DNA of 64,000 nt from Phyllosticta citribraziliensis (taxonomy: Eukaryota). Under the pieces are notes generated by a model, which worked only from the letters and a program-made list of their open reading frames with translations, was not told where the DNA came from and did no database searches. The stretch lies in assembly GCF_038025025.1 (NCBI RefSeq), contig NW_027117343.1, forward strand, positions 620,001 to 684,000, given 5' to 3'. Made by a program: the position numbers and the translations under genes. Below, piece after piece: positions 46,136-58,920 of this stretch. Position 1 is the first letter of the stretch, and the number at the start of each line of letters is the position of its first letter.

Positions 46136-47311
46136 ATGCCGGTGTCTGCTACTGAACATGCGCACCTACCCACTGAATTGGTCCTCGACATTTTAGACTA
46201 CATTCCACGCAACAGTTCATCGCAGCCAACTCTTTGGGCTTGCTGCCTCGTCAACCATCAGTGGTACAATGCTGCCATTCGCCGCCTGTACGAGCAACCC
46301 CACCTCTACGGAAAGAACTACGACCTTTTCGTCAGAACCCTCTGCCCATCAGTGAATCTCCATGTCAAGAAGAGCGACTTGGCTGGTCTGGTGCGAGTCT
46401 TGAACCTGAGAGGCATCGTTCACCAAAGCTCAAAATCCATGACAGCGCGCCTGCTGGGAAGAACCAAGGGGAGCTTGGAAGCTTTTGTTGCCCCCCAGGC
46501 TTCTTTCGCTGTCAACTGTTTTGCCGCCCTGTCCAAATGCGAAAAACTCCAAATTCTGGACCTCTCTCTCATCTCTGAAGCCATCAGCATTAGTATTTTG
46601 GCTAACGCCCTTCGACGCCTGCCACACTTGAAGATTCTCTACTTTCCACGCTCGTCCAACGACAGCAACAAAGTCGGCGGTCCCACTTCTTGGCCTCCTC
46701 TTGAAGAGCTTCACCTGAGCGGCCCCTTGGAGAGAGCATTCTTTGATCAGCTAGCTGTTGGCGACGCACCTGGAGAAACTTCCCTGCCACCAACTCTACT
46801 CAACCTGTCGATTGAGCACTGCGCTCGTGTGCCTTCGGTCAGTGTTCGAAACACGTTGAAAGGTGTTGGCCTCCAGCTTCGAAAACTCAGAGTTGCCAAC
46901 AATCGGAGTATGATCGAATGGCAGATGGATCATGTCATTCCACACTGCCCGAATTTGAAGGTCCTCGAAATTTCGCACGACTACGTCACGTCGGGATTTG
47001 GCGACCTTTCAAGATGGAATCTCTCGAGCCATCCGCTCGAAAGACTGGATCTTCTGAGATTCTCCTCCGACGGCATTTCTGATCCGGAACTTGAGCCCAC
47101 AGGTCTCTGTCCTGAGCACCTGACTGAAGCTTTGGACAACAATTACTTCCCTCATCTGCGCGTTGTCCGGGTTTCAAAAGAGGCCGCATGGCACTCCGAA
47201 AAGGTCGAAGAGGTGGAGGAGTTGCAAGGTGCATTGGAGCTGAACTATATGACTAACCACGCCACGGAGTCTCTGGACAAGGCAGTTGGTGTGTGGACGA
47301 TGAATGACTAA
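46136..47311 (+). CDS. F-box protein with leucine-rich repeats
   Basis: HLPTELVLDILDYI...CCLVNHQWYNAAIRRLY F-box followed by LRR-like LxxLDLS/LxxLxI repeats. Confidence 0.88.
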   Translation: MPVSATEHAHLPTELVLDILDYIPRNSSSQPTLWACCLVNHQWYNAAIRRLYEQPHLYGKNYDLFVRTLCPSVNLHVKKSDLAGLVRVLNLRGIVHQSSKSMTARLLGRTKGSLEAFVAPQASFAVNCFAALSKCEKLQILDLSLISEAISISILANALRRLPHLKILYFPRSSNDSNKVGGPTSWPPLEELHLSGPLERAFFDQLAVGDAPGETSLPPTLLNLSIEHCARVPSVSVRNTLKGVGLQLRKLRVANNRSMIEWQMDHVIPHCPNLKVLEISHDYVTSGFGDLSRWNLSSHPLERLDLLRFSSDGISDPELEPTGLCPEHLTEALDNNYFPHLRVVRVSKEAAWHSEKVEEVEELQGALELNYMTNHATESLDKAVGVWTMND

Positions 47312-47829
47312 CCTCTATTCCTCCACAGTGGGTGTCAGAAGATATGACACCTCCTGGGAAGCACTGCTGCATTTAGGCGCCGTAGCTAGGCCATGAGAGT
47401 ATCCTGTTTTTCAATACCCGCCGTGCCTCTCAAGTCGAAAAAGTACCGCTTGATCTTTAAATAGAAATCAACTTTCCCTATGTTCTCTGCACAGAGCAGA
47501 GAGCCGCCAGCAAGAGGGAAGATTGGAAATTGTTTTGATGGAATCTGGAGTCTGGAGTCGAACGATACCCATGATTGTTGGTCATGAACAATACCGGTAG
47601 TAATTCAAATTCAGCCATGTCAATATAGTCTTCTCACTCTTCGTGTCCCAGCTTTTTGTGCAAGAAATTACAAGTTTTGTCGAAGATGGTGCCTTGCTCT
47701 CCATCGAGAAGTGCGGCCGCGGGGATTGGAGCGTAAGTCCGACGCCTGTCGAAGCTATCAACCTTCTGCAACCAAAGCTCTACTCTTTCCCTCAACATCA
47801 CAACCACCACCCTCTCTCCAATTTTCCAG

Positions 47830-49756
47830 ATGGCACAGCTCAAGCGCAAGCTGGAGTCTGCAAATGCTTCGGAGGCAATCGACACCAGCAAACGCGCGCG
47901 TCCAGGAACAAACGGCACGTCCCTTCCGCTACCTTATGCAACGCCGCACCATCGCCCTTCACGCAAGCTGACCCACTCCCAGAGACTCTTTCCAAGGGCG
48001 CAAACCGCACGCACAATGAGGTTCAACAGCCTCCGCCTGCAACACCGTCTTTCTTCTCGCTCCCAACAGCGACGTCAGCCTCGGAGCCAGTAATCGAACG
48101 TGAGGAATCGCCAGAACACGAGCCGGGAACACACTTCGGGACGTTCACTGAGTTCGCAAAGGATAAATTGAAAGCCCAAGGTCAGAGCGGGTCGAAAAAG
48201 CCTCAGCGAGGCCAGGAGAATCAGTCGCGAGCGTCACGATTCGGACAATCGGCAGCGCTAGACATTGACGTTGGTTCCGAAACCAGCGATCAAGAAGCTG
48301 TGGAAGCTGCGTTATATTTGCAGAGCGTCAGGTAAAACATCAGAATCTGCCCCAGATTCCTCCCCTGCCACAATCCCATCCTAGGCGCTGTTGCTGAATC
48401 AAGGCTCTAGATCCGAAGCAGATGGCCTTCCATACCTCACCAGGCTCCAGTTAGAGGCCGACATTTACGAGAATGGACTTGGAGACAGTCGCGGCTACTA
48501 CGCTGATGGCGCCTTTGTTTCCGCACCTGTTGCTGGGCCCGTGTTACCGCCTGGCTTTGCCTCTGCTGGCAGCGACAGGTCATCCGTTAGCGGAGATGCT
48601 CCGGAGTAAGTAGCAGAACTGCTTCAAATTTATAGTACAGTTTGCTTACTCGCTCACAGATCAAGGAGGCTGCCAATTATTGTGCCTCAAAAAGCCTACA
48701 AGGCTTCTCTGATCGCGCGCTACCATCGACTTCATACATTTCTGAGCTCTCCGCGATCTGATGCCATGGCTCGGACGTTTACGAAGGAGGAGCATCTTTA
48801 CACATTCCCAACAAAGTCGCAAACAGCGGGTAGGGCCCGCACTATGCGAAATTGGCTCGACAGATTCATCACCCGTCATCCAGCACCAGCTCAGATCGCG
48901 TGCGCAAACGCAGAAAATGTTTTGGAGCTGCTCAGCATGATTCGATTCACCTTCAAGCCTGGCAAAAACCTGCATGCCAACACAAGCTCGTGGATATGGG
49001 CGTTGCTCTGCAGGCTTGACGCGTCTGACGTGCGCGGTTCTGACGAGATGCACATTATCAGGGAATTGGCCTTTAGGGCATTGTGGGTACGTTGCAGCTT
49101 TACGGGCGAAAAGATTCCAGAGGTCGAATTGAAGGCCCGAGACTTTGCGCTGGATAACAAGGAAACTTTTGAGTGGTTGGGGGTGCCGTTGAACAAACCT
49201 CCAACCAAAGCTAACCGCAGAAAGACCTTGGAGGCAGAAGTAAGTTGGCATGGTGCCCCAGCGCCACACAACACTGTACTAACTCATCAAGCAGAAAGAA
49301 AAGGACCAGCGATCTACTCAAGGCGGTGACGAGGAAGCAAATGGCAAGGACAAGTCGTCCCTGGAAAATGATGACTCAAAGACCTACGAGATGGATGACG
49401 AGCTCAAGAAGCTGCTCTCAGACAGGGTAGAAGAGCTCCGCGGCAACAAAGACGACCAGGAACAACCTCCCGTTGGCACGAACGAAAAGTCGGTTCCCTC
49501 GAAACAAGACGCAAATCCTGGCCCAGAGCCGAAGAAACAAACCACAAGCGAGGACGACCTCCAAACACCCACTGTCAATACACGTACGACACTCGACATG
49601 ATCCTCTTCGTAGCGAGCGAGCTCTTTGGCCAGAGGGATCTGACCAAGTACTGTGAGAATTGGGATTGGGACTTGTATCACCTGGCGGAGCTTGCAGCGG
49701 ATGACGAGGGTGGTGATGATGCAATGGAAGGATTCGATGGTGAAGTGGACGAGTAG
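47830..49756 (+). CDS. Gemin2/SIP1 (Brr1/Yip11)-like snRNP assembly factor
   Basis: Motifs EAALYLQSVRSEA, WIWALLCRL..IIRELA and TLDMILFVASELFGQRDL match Gemin2-family signatures. Introns 47915-47982 (GC donor), 48332-48409, 48606-48659 and 49240-49294 keep frame. Confidence 0.75.
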
Positions 49757-50122
49757 AGAGTCAGTCTTGGAGCAACGGGCACTGTATGGCTTCATTTGGG
49801 TGCGTCACGGCGAGGACAGGATGACGTTCGGTTGTCAGCATGGCTTGACGGATGCTTGACCATCCAACTTAACAGGGTGAGGGCTGTGTCAATGCCACCG
49901 CAGCATCACTATCTAGCCAAGATACGTGTACATCATGATCATGAGGGCGCTTTGCAGATATTTCTTCCAGTATGTCCGTATTGCCGTCCAACACGAGCGC
50001 TCCTACATCGAGACAACACCCTCTCCAATCTGTTCCAAAAGATCAAGCTTTGGCGCCTCATGTGATGTAATACCAGACGCCAAGGCTACTTTATAAGCAA
50101 AAAGAACTCGACTAATCATTGT

Positions 50123-50176
50123 CTTCTGGTGTCCATAGCTTCATTCTCCGCACCATGAAGCTATGGACCCCAGAAG
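50123..50176. repeat. 22-bp inverted repeat (21/22 paired) with 10-nt loop
   Basis: CTTCTGGTGTCCATAGCTTCAT-tctccgcacc-ATGAAGCTATGGACCCCAGAAG. Confidence 0.95.
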
Positions 50177-50694
50177 CACTTATTATTTCTTTTTGGTATA
50201 GTGACTGGCCGAATGAGGCAAAAACGGCGAAGCGTACGTCGTTGTGCGGGCGTTCGAGTCCGACAAGACGCGAACTTTTTGATTCTGAGCTTGATTTTTG
50301 CAATGTGTTTTCGAGGGTTTCGAGATGGTGAGCTTCACCGTGGATTGCTCCATGGCTGGAGCTAAATGGAGGCTTCAAAGGCAAGGTATGCGGCTCTTTG
50401 CTGCGTAATTGATGTTGCTGCTGTGGATTTCATGGAAGATTGGTCGTCGATATTCATAACAGAACATTTATCTGCCAAATGGCATAACTCGCTGTGGGGA
50501 TGTTTGAGTCCTCCAAGGCGCGAGTTCTGCAGCACTCCTTTTGAGACTTGGGGGAAAATTCTAGGGCAGTCAGATTGCTACACACCCAAGGGTCCAACCG
50601 CGCGTCTACAAGCGTAAAAAAGGGTATCATAAAGAGCAAGATTCCGGGCGGGAAGAAAACACACAAACGCCGCCTCTGCACCCTCTCTGCCAGC

Positions 50695-51361
50695 TCACTC
50701 AACTCCAAAGCTCTGCGGCGCCGCCATGCTCATCCGCAGCTGTCTCTCCCTCTGCTGCGCCTGCAGCGTCAGCCGATCAACGGCATAGCTCAGCCTCTCC
50801 TTCTTCTGCCTCAACTGCTTGACCTTGAGCTCCTCAAGCGGGGCCAGGCCGCCGCCGTCGGCCGTCCTCGCCCTGGCCGTTGCTCTACCTTCAACTCTGC
50901 GCTCCCCGGTTCTGCTCGCGCTTCTGGATGGCCCCGCGCTCTTGCGACCGCTACCGCCACCGCCAGCTTCGTCCGACGACAGGCGACCCTGGTTCAACTC
51001 GTACTTGGCGATGAGGGACTGCTCGCGGCGCTCCAGCTTGTCGAGGTAGTTCGCCACGCGCGAGAGCAGATTGTCGACTTCGGGGCGGATCTCGGAGAGC
51101 AGGCTGCGCTGCGCGGCGTGCAGGTCGGGTTCGGAGATGAGCTCGAAGTGCTGTTGCGGGGAAGAAATTGGTCAGTGGGCAAGTCTCTTGTGGGACGTTC
51201 GGGATGTTGTTAGGGAGCCAATGGCTTACGCGGGTGGTTTGGAGCACTTTGGAGAGGCGTGGTAGGTCGTTGACGCCGGAGTCGAGGATGGAGATGGATG
51301 AGTCGAGTAGCTGCATGCTGTTGCGCAGCGAGGAGACGCAGCCTTCGAGGGCGTCGGCCAT
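50695..51361 (-). CDS. SPC19: DASH/Dam1 complex subunit Spc19
   Basis: LEGCVSSLRNSMQLLDSSISILDSGVNDLPRLSKVLQTTR|HFELISE...LDKLERREQSLIAKYEL...LRQKKERLSYAVDRL; one intron. Confidence 0.92.
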
Positions 51362-51680
51362 GATGGAGGTATCCCGGCAGTTACAATGCGCTGGTTATGT
51401 CGTGATTTCTTATCGACAGGTGGTGGTAGTGGCGGGAGACTTTCAAAAGTGCATCGTTGACCAAAAGCTGCGTCGTCGATGTTTACAAGCAGCGAGCTGG
51501 TGGCGCCCCCGCTCCGCTCCGCTCCGCCACACTGGACTTGGCGCGGGCACCCCTCCGCTCCGACTTCGACTTCACTGCCGAGTCGTAGCCGCAAGGAACG
51601 CGAAGCAAAAGCTCACCACCGCCTCCACCACCGACCCGATCCCCAACTCCAAACGGACCCCCGAAAAAACCTCCGTCAAC

Positions 51681-52295
51681 ATGTCTTTCCTCGGCAGGAA
51701 GTGGCCCGCGCCCGTCGGTACGTGCTGGACCGGAAGCCAAACGAATACAGAAGAGGAGGAAGAAGGGTGTGAGGAATTGCGCTGACGGTGTGGATGTACA
51801 GCTAAGCCCATGACGCCCTTTTACGTCGCCGGTACGCATTGAATCTTTCCCCTCCGCCAATGCGGTGTTTCTGGATTGTCGTCTGTTGGATGCGACGGAT
51901 GACCGCGACGAGAGACTGCAAGAGCTAGGACCGTGAGGAGGAGCTAACCATGTGCCCACCTCCAGGCATCGTCATCCTCTACGGCATCAACTCTGGCGCC
52001 ACTGCCTACCGCTCGTGTACGTAGCCCTCTCGATTTCCCCCTGTTGCCGTCTTTCCATCCAGAGCCTCGAGCTTCGGCACTTTCGACGGAGAGAGCACTT
52101 CATCTCATGCGTCAATGCCTGCACGCGCTCCCCGCCCTGCTTCATTCCTCTGTCCTTGCCCGGACTCATGAGGCACTCCATAAACACTCGATGCTTGCAA
52201 ACGACAACTAACACTGTCCAGCCCCCGAGTTCAAGGACGACCCGCGCAACGCCAACTTCGTCGCCGCCGCCAAAGCCGCCAACGGCGGCCACTAG
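51681..52295 (+). CDS. ATP18: Mitochondrial ATP synthase subunit i/j
   Basis: Exons 51681-51717, 51802-51831, 51967-52016 and 52222-52295 give MSFLGRKWPAPVAKPMTPFYVAGIVILYGINS...EFKDDPRN. Confidence 0.92.
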
Positions 52296-53066
52296 ACGCT
52301 CCCAACAGCAAGTTGCCGCGGGATTGGGAACGGACACATCAGCATGATAGAAGATGGCATGGGGGTGTAGATATCAGAGCTATTGCCGCTAGCAAGCCTG
52401 CGTGCGCGTCTGCAATTGAAGCTGTTCTGGTTGGAGGCTTTGAGGTTTTCGTCTCAGTGTTGAAGCTGGCTCTGAATCTGTTCAAGTTGTGTGCTGGCGT
52501 GGGGGTCTCGACTGACATGGCTGAATGGTTGCGATTGTGCATGTTCCCTTGTCCGTTCAGAAAGAGACAACGGCCAGCCACGGCTCTCTCGCGAAGCATC
52601 GGGTACAGACCAACTGGAGCAACTCCGCCAATTCATGACTACCCCTCGCAGCATCGACCAAGCCGACCTTTCGACTCAGAGCACATGTACATGCTGCTAC
52701 TGCTGCTGTCTGCGGACACAAACCAAGCACATCACCATCCATCCCATCCCATCCCATCCCACCCTACCCCACGTCCAAGAACACCAGCAGCACAAGCAAC
52801 CCGCCTAGCCGCATAACTGACAGCGGCGCCTTCAACTGCTGCATTCCAACCGCGTAGTCAAGCGGGCAGCCTTGAACTGTTCCGTCGTCCCAACCCGCAC
52901 AGCAGCGGGGCAGCATGTTGGCGAGTGTGGCCATCTACTTCCCCTGCTTCTACATACCTACGACCCACGCTTCCATTTCGCCATGTTTCCTTCAGTAGCA
53001 CATTCAGGTGAGTAGCAGAGACTTACAGTCCATGTAGCCGAGCTGCATGCCCGGTGGGTGGTGTTG

Positions 53067-53093
53067 CAGCAGCAGCAGCAGCAGCAGCAGCAG
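53067..53093 (+). repeat. (CAG)9 microsatellite
   Basis: Directly visible, in the non-coding region upstream of HRR25; short (GGAT)n and (GGGA)n runs also occur at ~53554-53624. Confidence 0.95.
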
Positions 53094-55638
53094 CACGTGG
53101 GCATATCTGGTGCCACCCACGCGCCTTGGCTTAGCCAACCGACGAACCGACTGACCAAGTAATTACACCCCGGCGCGCGTCGTCTGGGCTTGTTCTGATG
53201 TGGAACGCGGGGTAGTGTGGCAGGTCAGTAGGTCGGTCGGTATAACGCACCAGCAGCATTCTTCGGCCCTTCACGCATGTATATCTGGGGGGAAAGGGGA
53301 GCGGGTTCAGTGAGGCGGGCTGAGCCATGACGTCGAGGAGCTTTTAGGTCAGGTCACTCGCGAAATTCATACATTCACACATTCGTAGTACATGTAGTTA
53401 GATACGTCGCTGCCTTACTGCCATGTCAGGTCATGCGAGGACCATGTGCGCGCCAGACGTGCGGGCAAGCGGGCGGGCGTGCGTGGGCCGGGTGCATGCA
53501 TGCATGCGTCCACGGCTTAGCTTGGTTGCTTCTGTTGCTTCTGCGGTACGTGCGGATGGATGGATGGATGGGTGGATGGGGGCGATGGTAGCAGAGGAGG
53601 TTGGAGGGAGGGAGGGAGGGAGGGAAAGCGGAAGTTGTCTTGGGTGGGTGGGTGTTTTGGATGTTGGAGATGGCGTGGACAAGAAATAGGTTTCTGTGTA
53701 TGTTGGCGAGAGTTTGTGTATCCCAGGTGTTGTTTACAGTGCCAGAAAATCACGACGAACGGCAGTCGGGGCCACGCAGGCAAGCTAGCTCTCGGAGCTG
53801 TAGTCAGTGTCTGAGACCGGTCTCCGGCGGGTGCTCGCTTACGGGGTGGAGGGATAGGTCGTGCAGAGCAGGGCGAGCGGAAAGGGTGCGGGATCGAGAT
53901 GATGGGCCAACAAGCGACTATGTATAGATACCTAGATGATGGGGGATGGTGGGGTGATTCGTGAGGTGAGGCGCGGGGGGGGAGGGGCTGTTGAAAGCGT
54001 TGGCCACGACACGACGACGATTCCTTGTGAATTTGACATGTAGACATTGCAGCATGCAATGTGTGTATGCAGCGGCGGCGCGGACGACTTGGAGACGGCG
54101 TAGTGGACGCGTCGATGAGGGAGGCGTGAGGAATGAATCTGGATTCCATGTACGTAGGTGCATTGGAAGATGGCAGGACATGGGTGGTGTTGGACGCCGA
54201 CCTGGGTAGATGCGGAGCATGGCATAGCGAGATGCAGAGGGCGTGAGGCGTGGCTGACGGGGAATGGACGACGGTCGAGGGCGCCACGCAGAGTGCAGGC
54301 AGGCAGCCAGTGGTCAGGGGGAGGGAGGGTGTTTGGTTCCTGGCTTGTATGTATTGTGGACGGGGTTTGAGTTGAGTTGTGGAGAAGGATCTCAAGGGTC
54401 CCGAGGGGTTCGTGTGGAGAAGGCGGGAGAGGGCAATTAACTGGCTGGACTGTGCGATGCGTTGCTGCTCTTGGTTGTGAGGTGGTCATTGGGGAGCAGC
54501 GCTGTAACTGCGGCAACGGCAGCATTTTCTTCTCCACTCACCTACCTGCGATGGTGAGAAAGCGAGCGACTAAAGTGGGCCAGGGCAGCAAAAGGGGAAG
54601 GTCACGATGGCAGATGCGGGACAAACGGTTGACATGATGGTCCGAGGCTTGCGAGGGTTGTTTTGAGAGAGGGAGGGCTACGGCCCGAAGAGGCTTGGGA
54701 CGGGGCGCGGCTGAGGCTCGCGGCGGCAGCAGAGGCTTTGGTACATGTCGTTTTTTTAGCAGTGCTGTGGTGGAGTGGAGTGGCAGAAATCATGGCGCGT
54801 GGCTTCAGCTTTGAGACAGCCGCGCCGGCCGGAGAGACATGATGCGCTGCAAGCGAAGCGCTGACGCACGAGCGATCCAGGCCGCGGGTCGATGGACTTT
54901 TGATATTGCCTGTTTCGACGGCCAGGTCGATGCCCGGGGCACGTCGGGCGGCTGCCCGGACGGACGTGGCCCAAGGCGGCATTATTACGTCTTGCAGCTG
55001 AGTGCCTGATGGAATAGGAGTTGTGGTTGTGGTTGTGGACGGGCTGGTGGCTGCGATGCGATGCCAACGAACCGCCGACGACATCCAGGGGCGGCGTTTG
55101 CGTTCTGTTGTTGGTCGTGGTTCGTTCGTTTGCTCTCATGGATCAGATCTCCAGTTTCCAGCCGCCAAGTCTCTGCCTCACCCCGTGCGGGAGCTGTGCT
55201 CGCCCACGCCTACCAACGCCTACGCCCACGCCCACGCCTACCAACGCCCGCGCCCGCCTGCGTCTGCGCCTGCACCTGCCGAGCCCGAGCCCTTTCGACT
55301 ACTTCAACTCTTGTACTTCCTAACAACCTCCCTCCTCGCTCCTCCCTCCTCCCCCCACCCCCCCTCCTCTGCTCGCGATCGCACCGCACGTCGACGGCCT
55401 GCGTCCTGTCCAGTCCAGTCCTGCCTTCAACGTCGTCTACTCCCAGGCATCCACCGTCCCCGCCCGGGCTTCTTGGTCGTCCCTTTTTTCGCCGCCCGTC
55501 CCACCCCCCCCTTTGCCACGGCCCCGCCCGCAAACCAAGCCCAACATCCTCCGTCTGTCGCCGTCGCCGTTGCCGCTCGCGTCGGGCTGCAGTCTCATCG
55601 CCCTCTCCACCGCGACCACCACACTCCCAGCCTGCCTG

Positions 55639-56028
55639 GTAAGTCACGGACTGCACAGTCACTGCCACGCCGACGCGCTCCCGTGCTGCCTCGCCGCACC
55701 TGGACTGCACCTGAGCGCCGCTGCCTGGTGCTTGCCTCCCTCTCACCTTGCCTTACCTTTCCTTTCCTTCCCTTCCCGCCCACAACACCTCAACCCACCC
55801 ACGCACGCACGCACGCCCTTACGCCCTTTGGTCTACATCTTGCTCCAGCCAGCCAAGCCGGGCCCTTGTTTCTGCTTTTTCTTTGTCGCGCTCTTCTGCC
55901 CGCTCCCACTCTACTCCTCGCCCCTTTCACCACCACGCCCTCAACCTCGTCCGCTCATTGTTGCGTCGGCCCTACGTTCACCGCCTGGCTGCCAAAGCCT
56001 TGCTGACCGGCTTTCTCACCCGCAACAG
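55639..56028 (+). other. Probable 5'-UTR intron of the CK1 gene
   Basis: GTAAGT donor at 55639, GCTGAC branch at ~56003 and CAG acceptor at 56028, in a pyrimidine-rich leader. Confidence 0.6.
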
Positions 56029-56156
56029 TTTAATAACCTAACGCGTGTCCGCCACTCTCGCCTCGTCTGCCTCCCAGACCACACACCACACCACCACCAC
56101 AATCAAATCAACCGACCCGACCGACTGCTCCGCTTCTGCGTGCAGTCTCCTCAATC

Positions 56157-57599
56157 ATGACGACCATGGTATGTCGACCCTCCTCGCCCACCCTCCCTGT
56201 CCGACACGCTGCCGCTGTGCCGCCGCACCCGCCTCAGCCTCAACCTCGCCTGGCCCCCTCTGCTCCCGCAAACAACACCAGCCCACGCTGACACACCTCT
56301 GGCAGGATTTGCGCGTCGGTAACAAGTACCGCATTGGCCGCAAGATCGGCAGCGGTTCGTTCGGTGACATCTATCTCGGTTCGTGCCCTCCTTCCGCATT
56401 GGTCGCCGGAATGCCCTCTAACCTGCCATCAGGCACCAACATCATCTCTGGCGAAGAGATTGCCATCAAGCTCGAGAGCGTCAAGGCCAAGCACCCCCAG
56501 CTCGAATATGAGGCCCGCGTCTACAAGTCCCTTGCCGGAGGCGTCGGCATCCCCTTCGTGCGCTGGTTCGGCACCGAGTGCGACTACAACGCCATGGTCC
56601 TGGACCTTCTCGGCCCCAGCTTGGAGGACCTCTTCAACTTTTGCAACCGCAAGTTCTCGCTCAAGACGGTCCTGCTCCTGGCCGACCAGCTCATCTCCCG
56701 CATCGAGTACATTCACGCCAAGTCCTTCATCCACCGTGATATCAAGCCCGACAACTTCTTGATGGGCATCGGCAAGCGGGGTAACCAGGTCAACGTCATC
56801 GACTTTGGTCTCGCCAAGAAGTACCGCGACCCCAAGACGCACTTCCACATTCCGTACAGAGAGAACAAGAACTTGACCGGCACGGCCCGTTATGCTTCGA
56901 TCAACACCCACTTGGGTGTCGAGCAGTCCCGCCGCGATGACATGGAGTCGCTTGGCTATGTCATGCTCTACTTCTGCCGTGGCTCTCTTCCCTGGCAGGG
57001 TCTCAAGGCCGCGACCAAGAAGCAAAAGTACGACCGCATCATGGAGAAGAAGATGACCACTCCCACCGAGGTGCTTTGCCGTGGCTTCCCCAACGAGTTC
57101 GCCATCTACCTCAACTACACCCGCTCCCTCCGCTTTGACGACAAGCCCGACTACTCGTACCTCCGCAAGATTTTCCGTGACCTCTTCGTTCGCGAGGGCT
57201 TCCAGTACGACTACGTCTTTGATTGGACCGTCTACAAGTATCAGAAGAATGCCCAGGCCATCGCTCAGGCTGCCAACAACCAGACCCAGCCCGAGGATGA
57301 AGACAAGACCCGCGGTCGTCACGTCACCGGCACTGCCGCCGCCACTGGCAACCAGACGGCTGCCGGTGGCACCGTGACCGACAAGCGTCGTGGCCCCGTC
57401 AACCCGCGCGAAGGAGGTACCGGAATGTGAGTGCTCAGACATTATCCATCCTTGTAAGGGCTCTTTCCTCTGCGGCTTTAGTGCGAAGACGCTTGGCGCG
57501 GGGGGTCTTTTCCGTTGTTTACTAACGCCGACTTACTACCCCAGGCAATTGCGTTCCTCGAAGCGTGGCGGTGCGGACCAGTACCAGTCGGGCTACTGA
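56157..57599 (+). CDS. HRR25: Casein kinase I (delta/epsilon type; Hrr25/Hhp1/CK-1a)
   Basis: [44 protein letters not shown] and LPWQGLKA. Exons 56157-56168, 56306-56378, 56433-57426 and 57545-57599. Confidence 0.97.
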
Positions 57600-58920
57600 T
57601 GAATGAACGAAACGGCCCTTAGCTTGGCAACAACTCTCATCTCATATTGTGGCACAGTCGGAAGGCACGCAGTCCGACGGCGCCTCGTCAACATCGGGAA
57701 ACGCGGCCTCGCCGTCCGCTCGGCTCTACTCCATTGGACGGCACAGACTCTCTGCTCACTATCAGCTCATGTCATGTTTTGTCGGTTTTGCAACATTTAA
57801 GACCGATCATCGGCCCTGGTGGAAGGTTTCGGCCTTGCCGCTACATCTCGGCAGAGGACTCGGTCGACATCGGTGCTCCAAGGTTCCGGTCTTTCGGTTG
57901 ATTCGCCTGCGTAATTGTGTGCGCTGGCCTCGAAGGCGGTTCATGGGTGCTGGCCGAAGTTTCATCAGGGCCCGCACCTGACATGACAAGAGGTTGCTTC
58001 TATTCGACGGCGACCCCGATCTACAGTCTTTCCAGGACACGAGCAACCAAGATGGCGGAGGGACAACTGCAATGGGACTACCAGATTGATTGTTTTGTGT
58101 GCTTCCGGCTCAACTAATTTCCCCTTTCCCGGTTTCCTTGCCTCTCGCCTTTGCTTTTTCTCTTTTTATTGCTGCCTTGTTTACTTTTTCTTTCCTCTTT
58201 CCTCCACTCGCGTGCATCACTTCCGGCACAGTGTCTGCTTCTGGGGAGGTTTTGCGTTTATCAGGGGACGACAGCAGACAACCAAATTGCAAATCAATGA
58301 TCAGCCGCTGCATCAAATGAGGCTGATGGCTGGACATGGGGACGGAGAAGGCGGTGACGTTCAGGCGCGGTGGTACGAAGAGTGGAGACAAGCGTAACCG
58401 AGCACTCGGTCGAGTTGGAGCTCTGCGACGCTGCTGCGCCGACGGACTGCTTGGGAAGCTTGGAAGTGGATGGCGCTCTCTCAGTTGCGTAACAAGGTGC
58501 AACTCTACACTCCTTAATTGATTCATCCTTGCACCGTGAAGAATCCAAACTGGATGAAGCGTTTCGTCGTCTTTAATGCGAGCCTGAGGCTATTTGATAT
58601 TGATGAAGGATGGCTGTGTACCACCGAAAATGCGTGTATCGAGATGTGCCTGCCAAATGCGATGAATGATGTTGAGAGGACCCTCGCGGTGACGATGCCT
58701 GAGTCAGGCATCCTTCAAAGATCTGCGTCCTCGGCCAATGCGCGACGCAAATGCCAAAGCTCTGATTTGCCGCTCAGCTCCAAGAAATTCGCTGCCACCG
58801 CGCGCAAAGCTACTTTGAACCACATCCCACAACCCTACAATATCGCAAGCCCGACCCGGGGCTCTATTCGCCCTTTTTCGGCGAAGCTACCACCACTGGA
58901 CCAACCAGTCCCCCCATATC

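Noticed and set aside
56429..57442. 337-aa minus-strand ORF (and the 328-aa plus-strand ORF at 62246-63232)
   Set aside because: Antisense shadows of HRR25 and RRP40.
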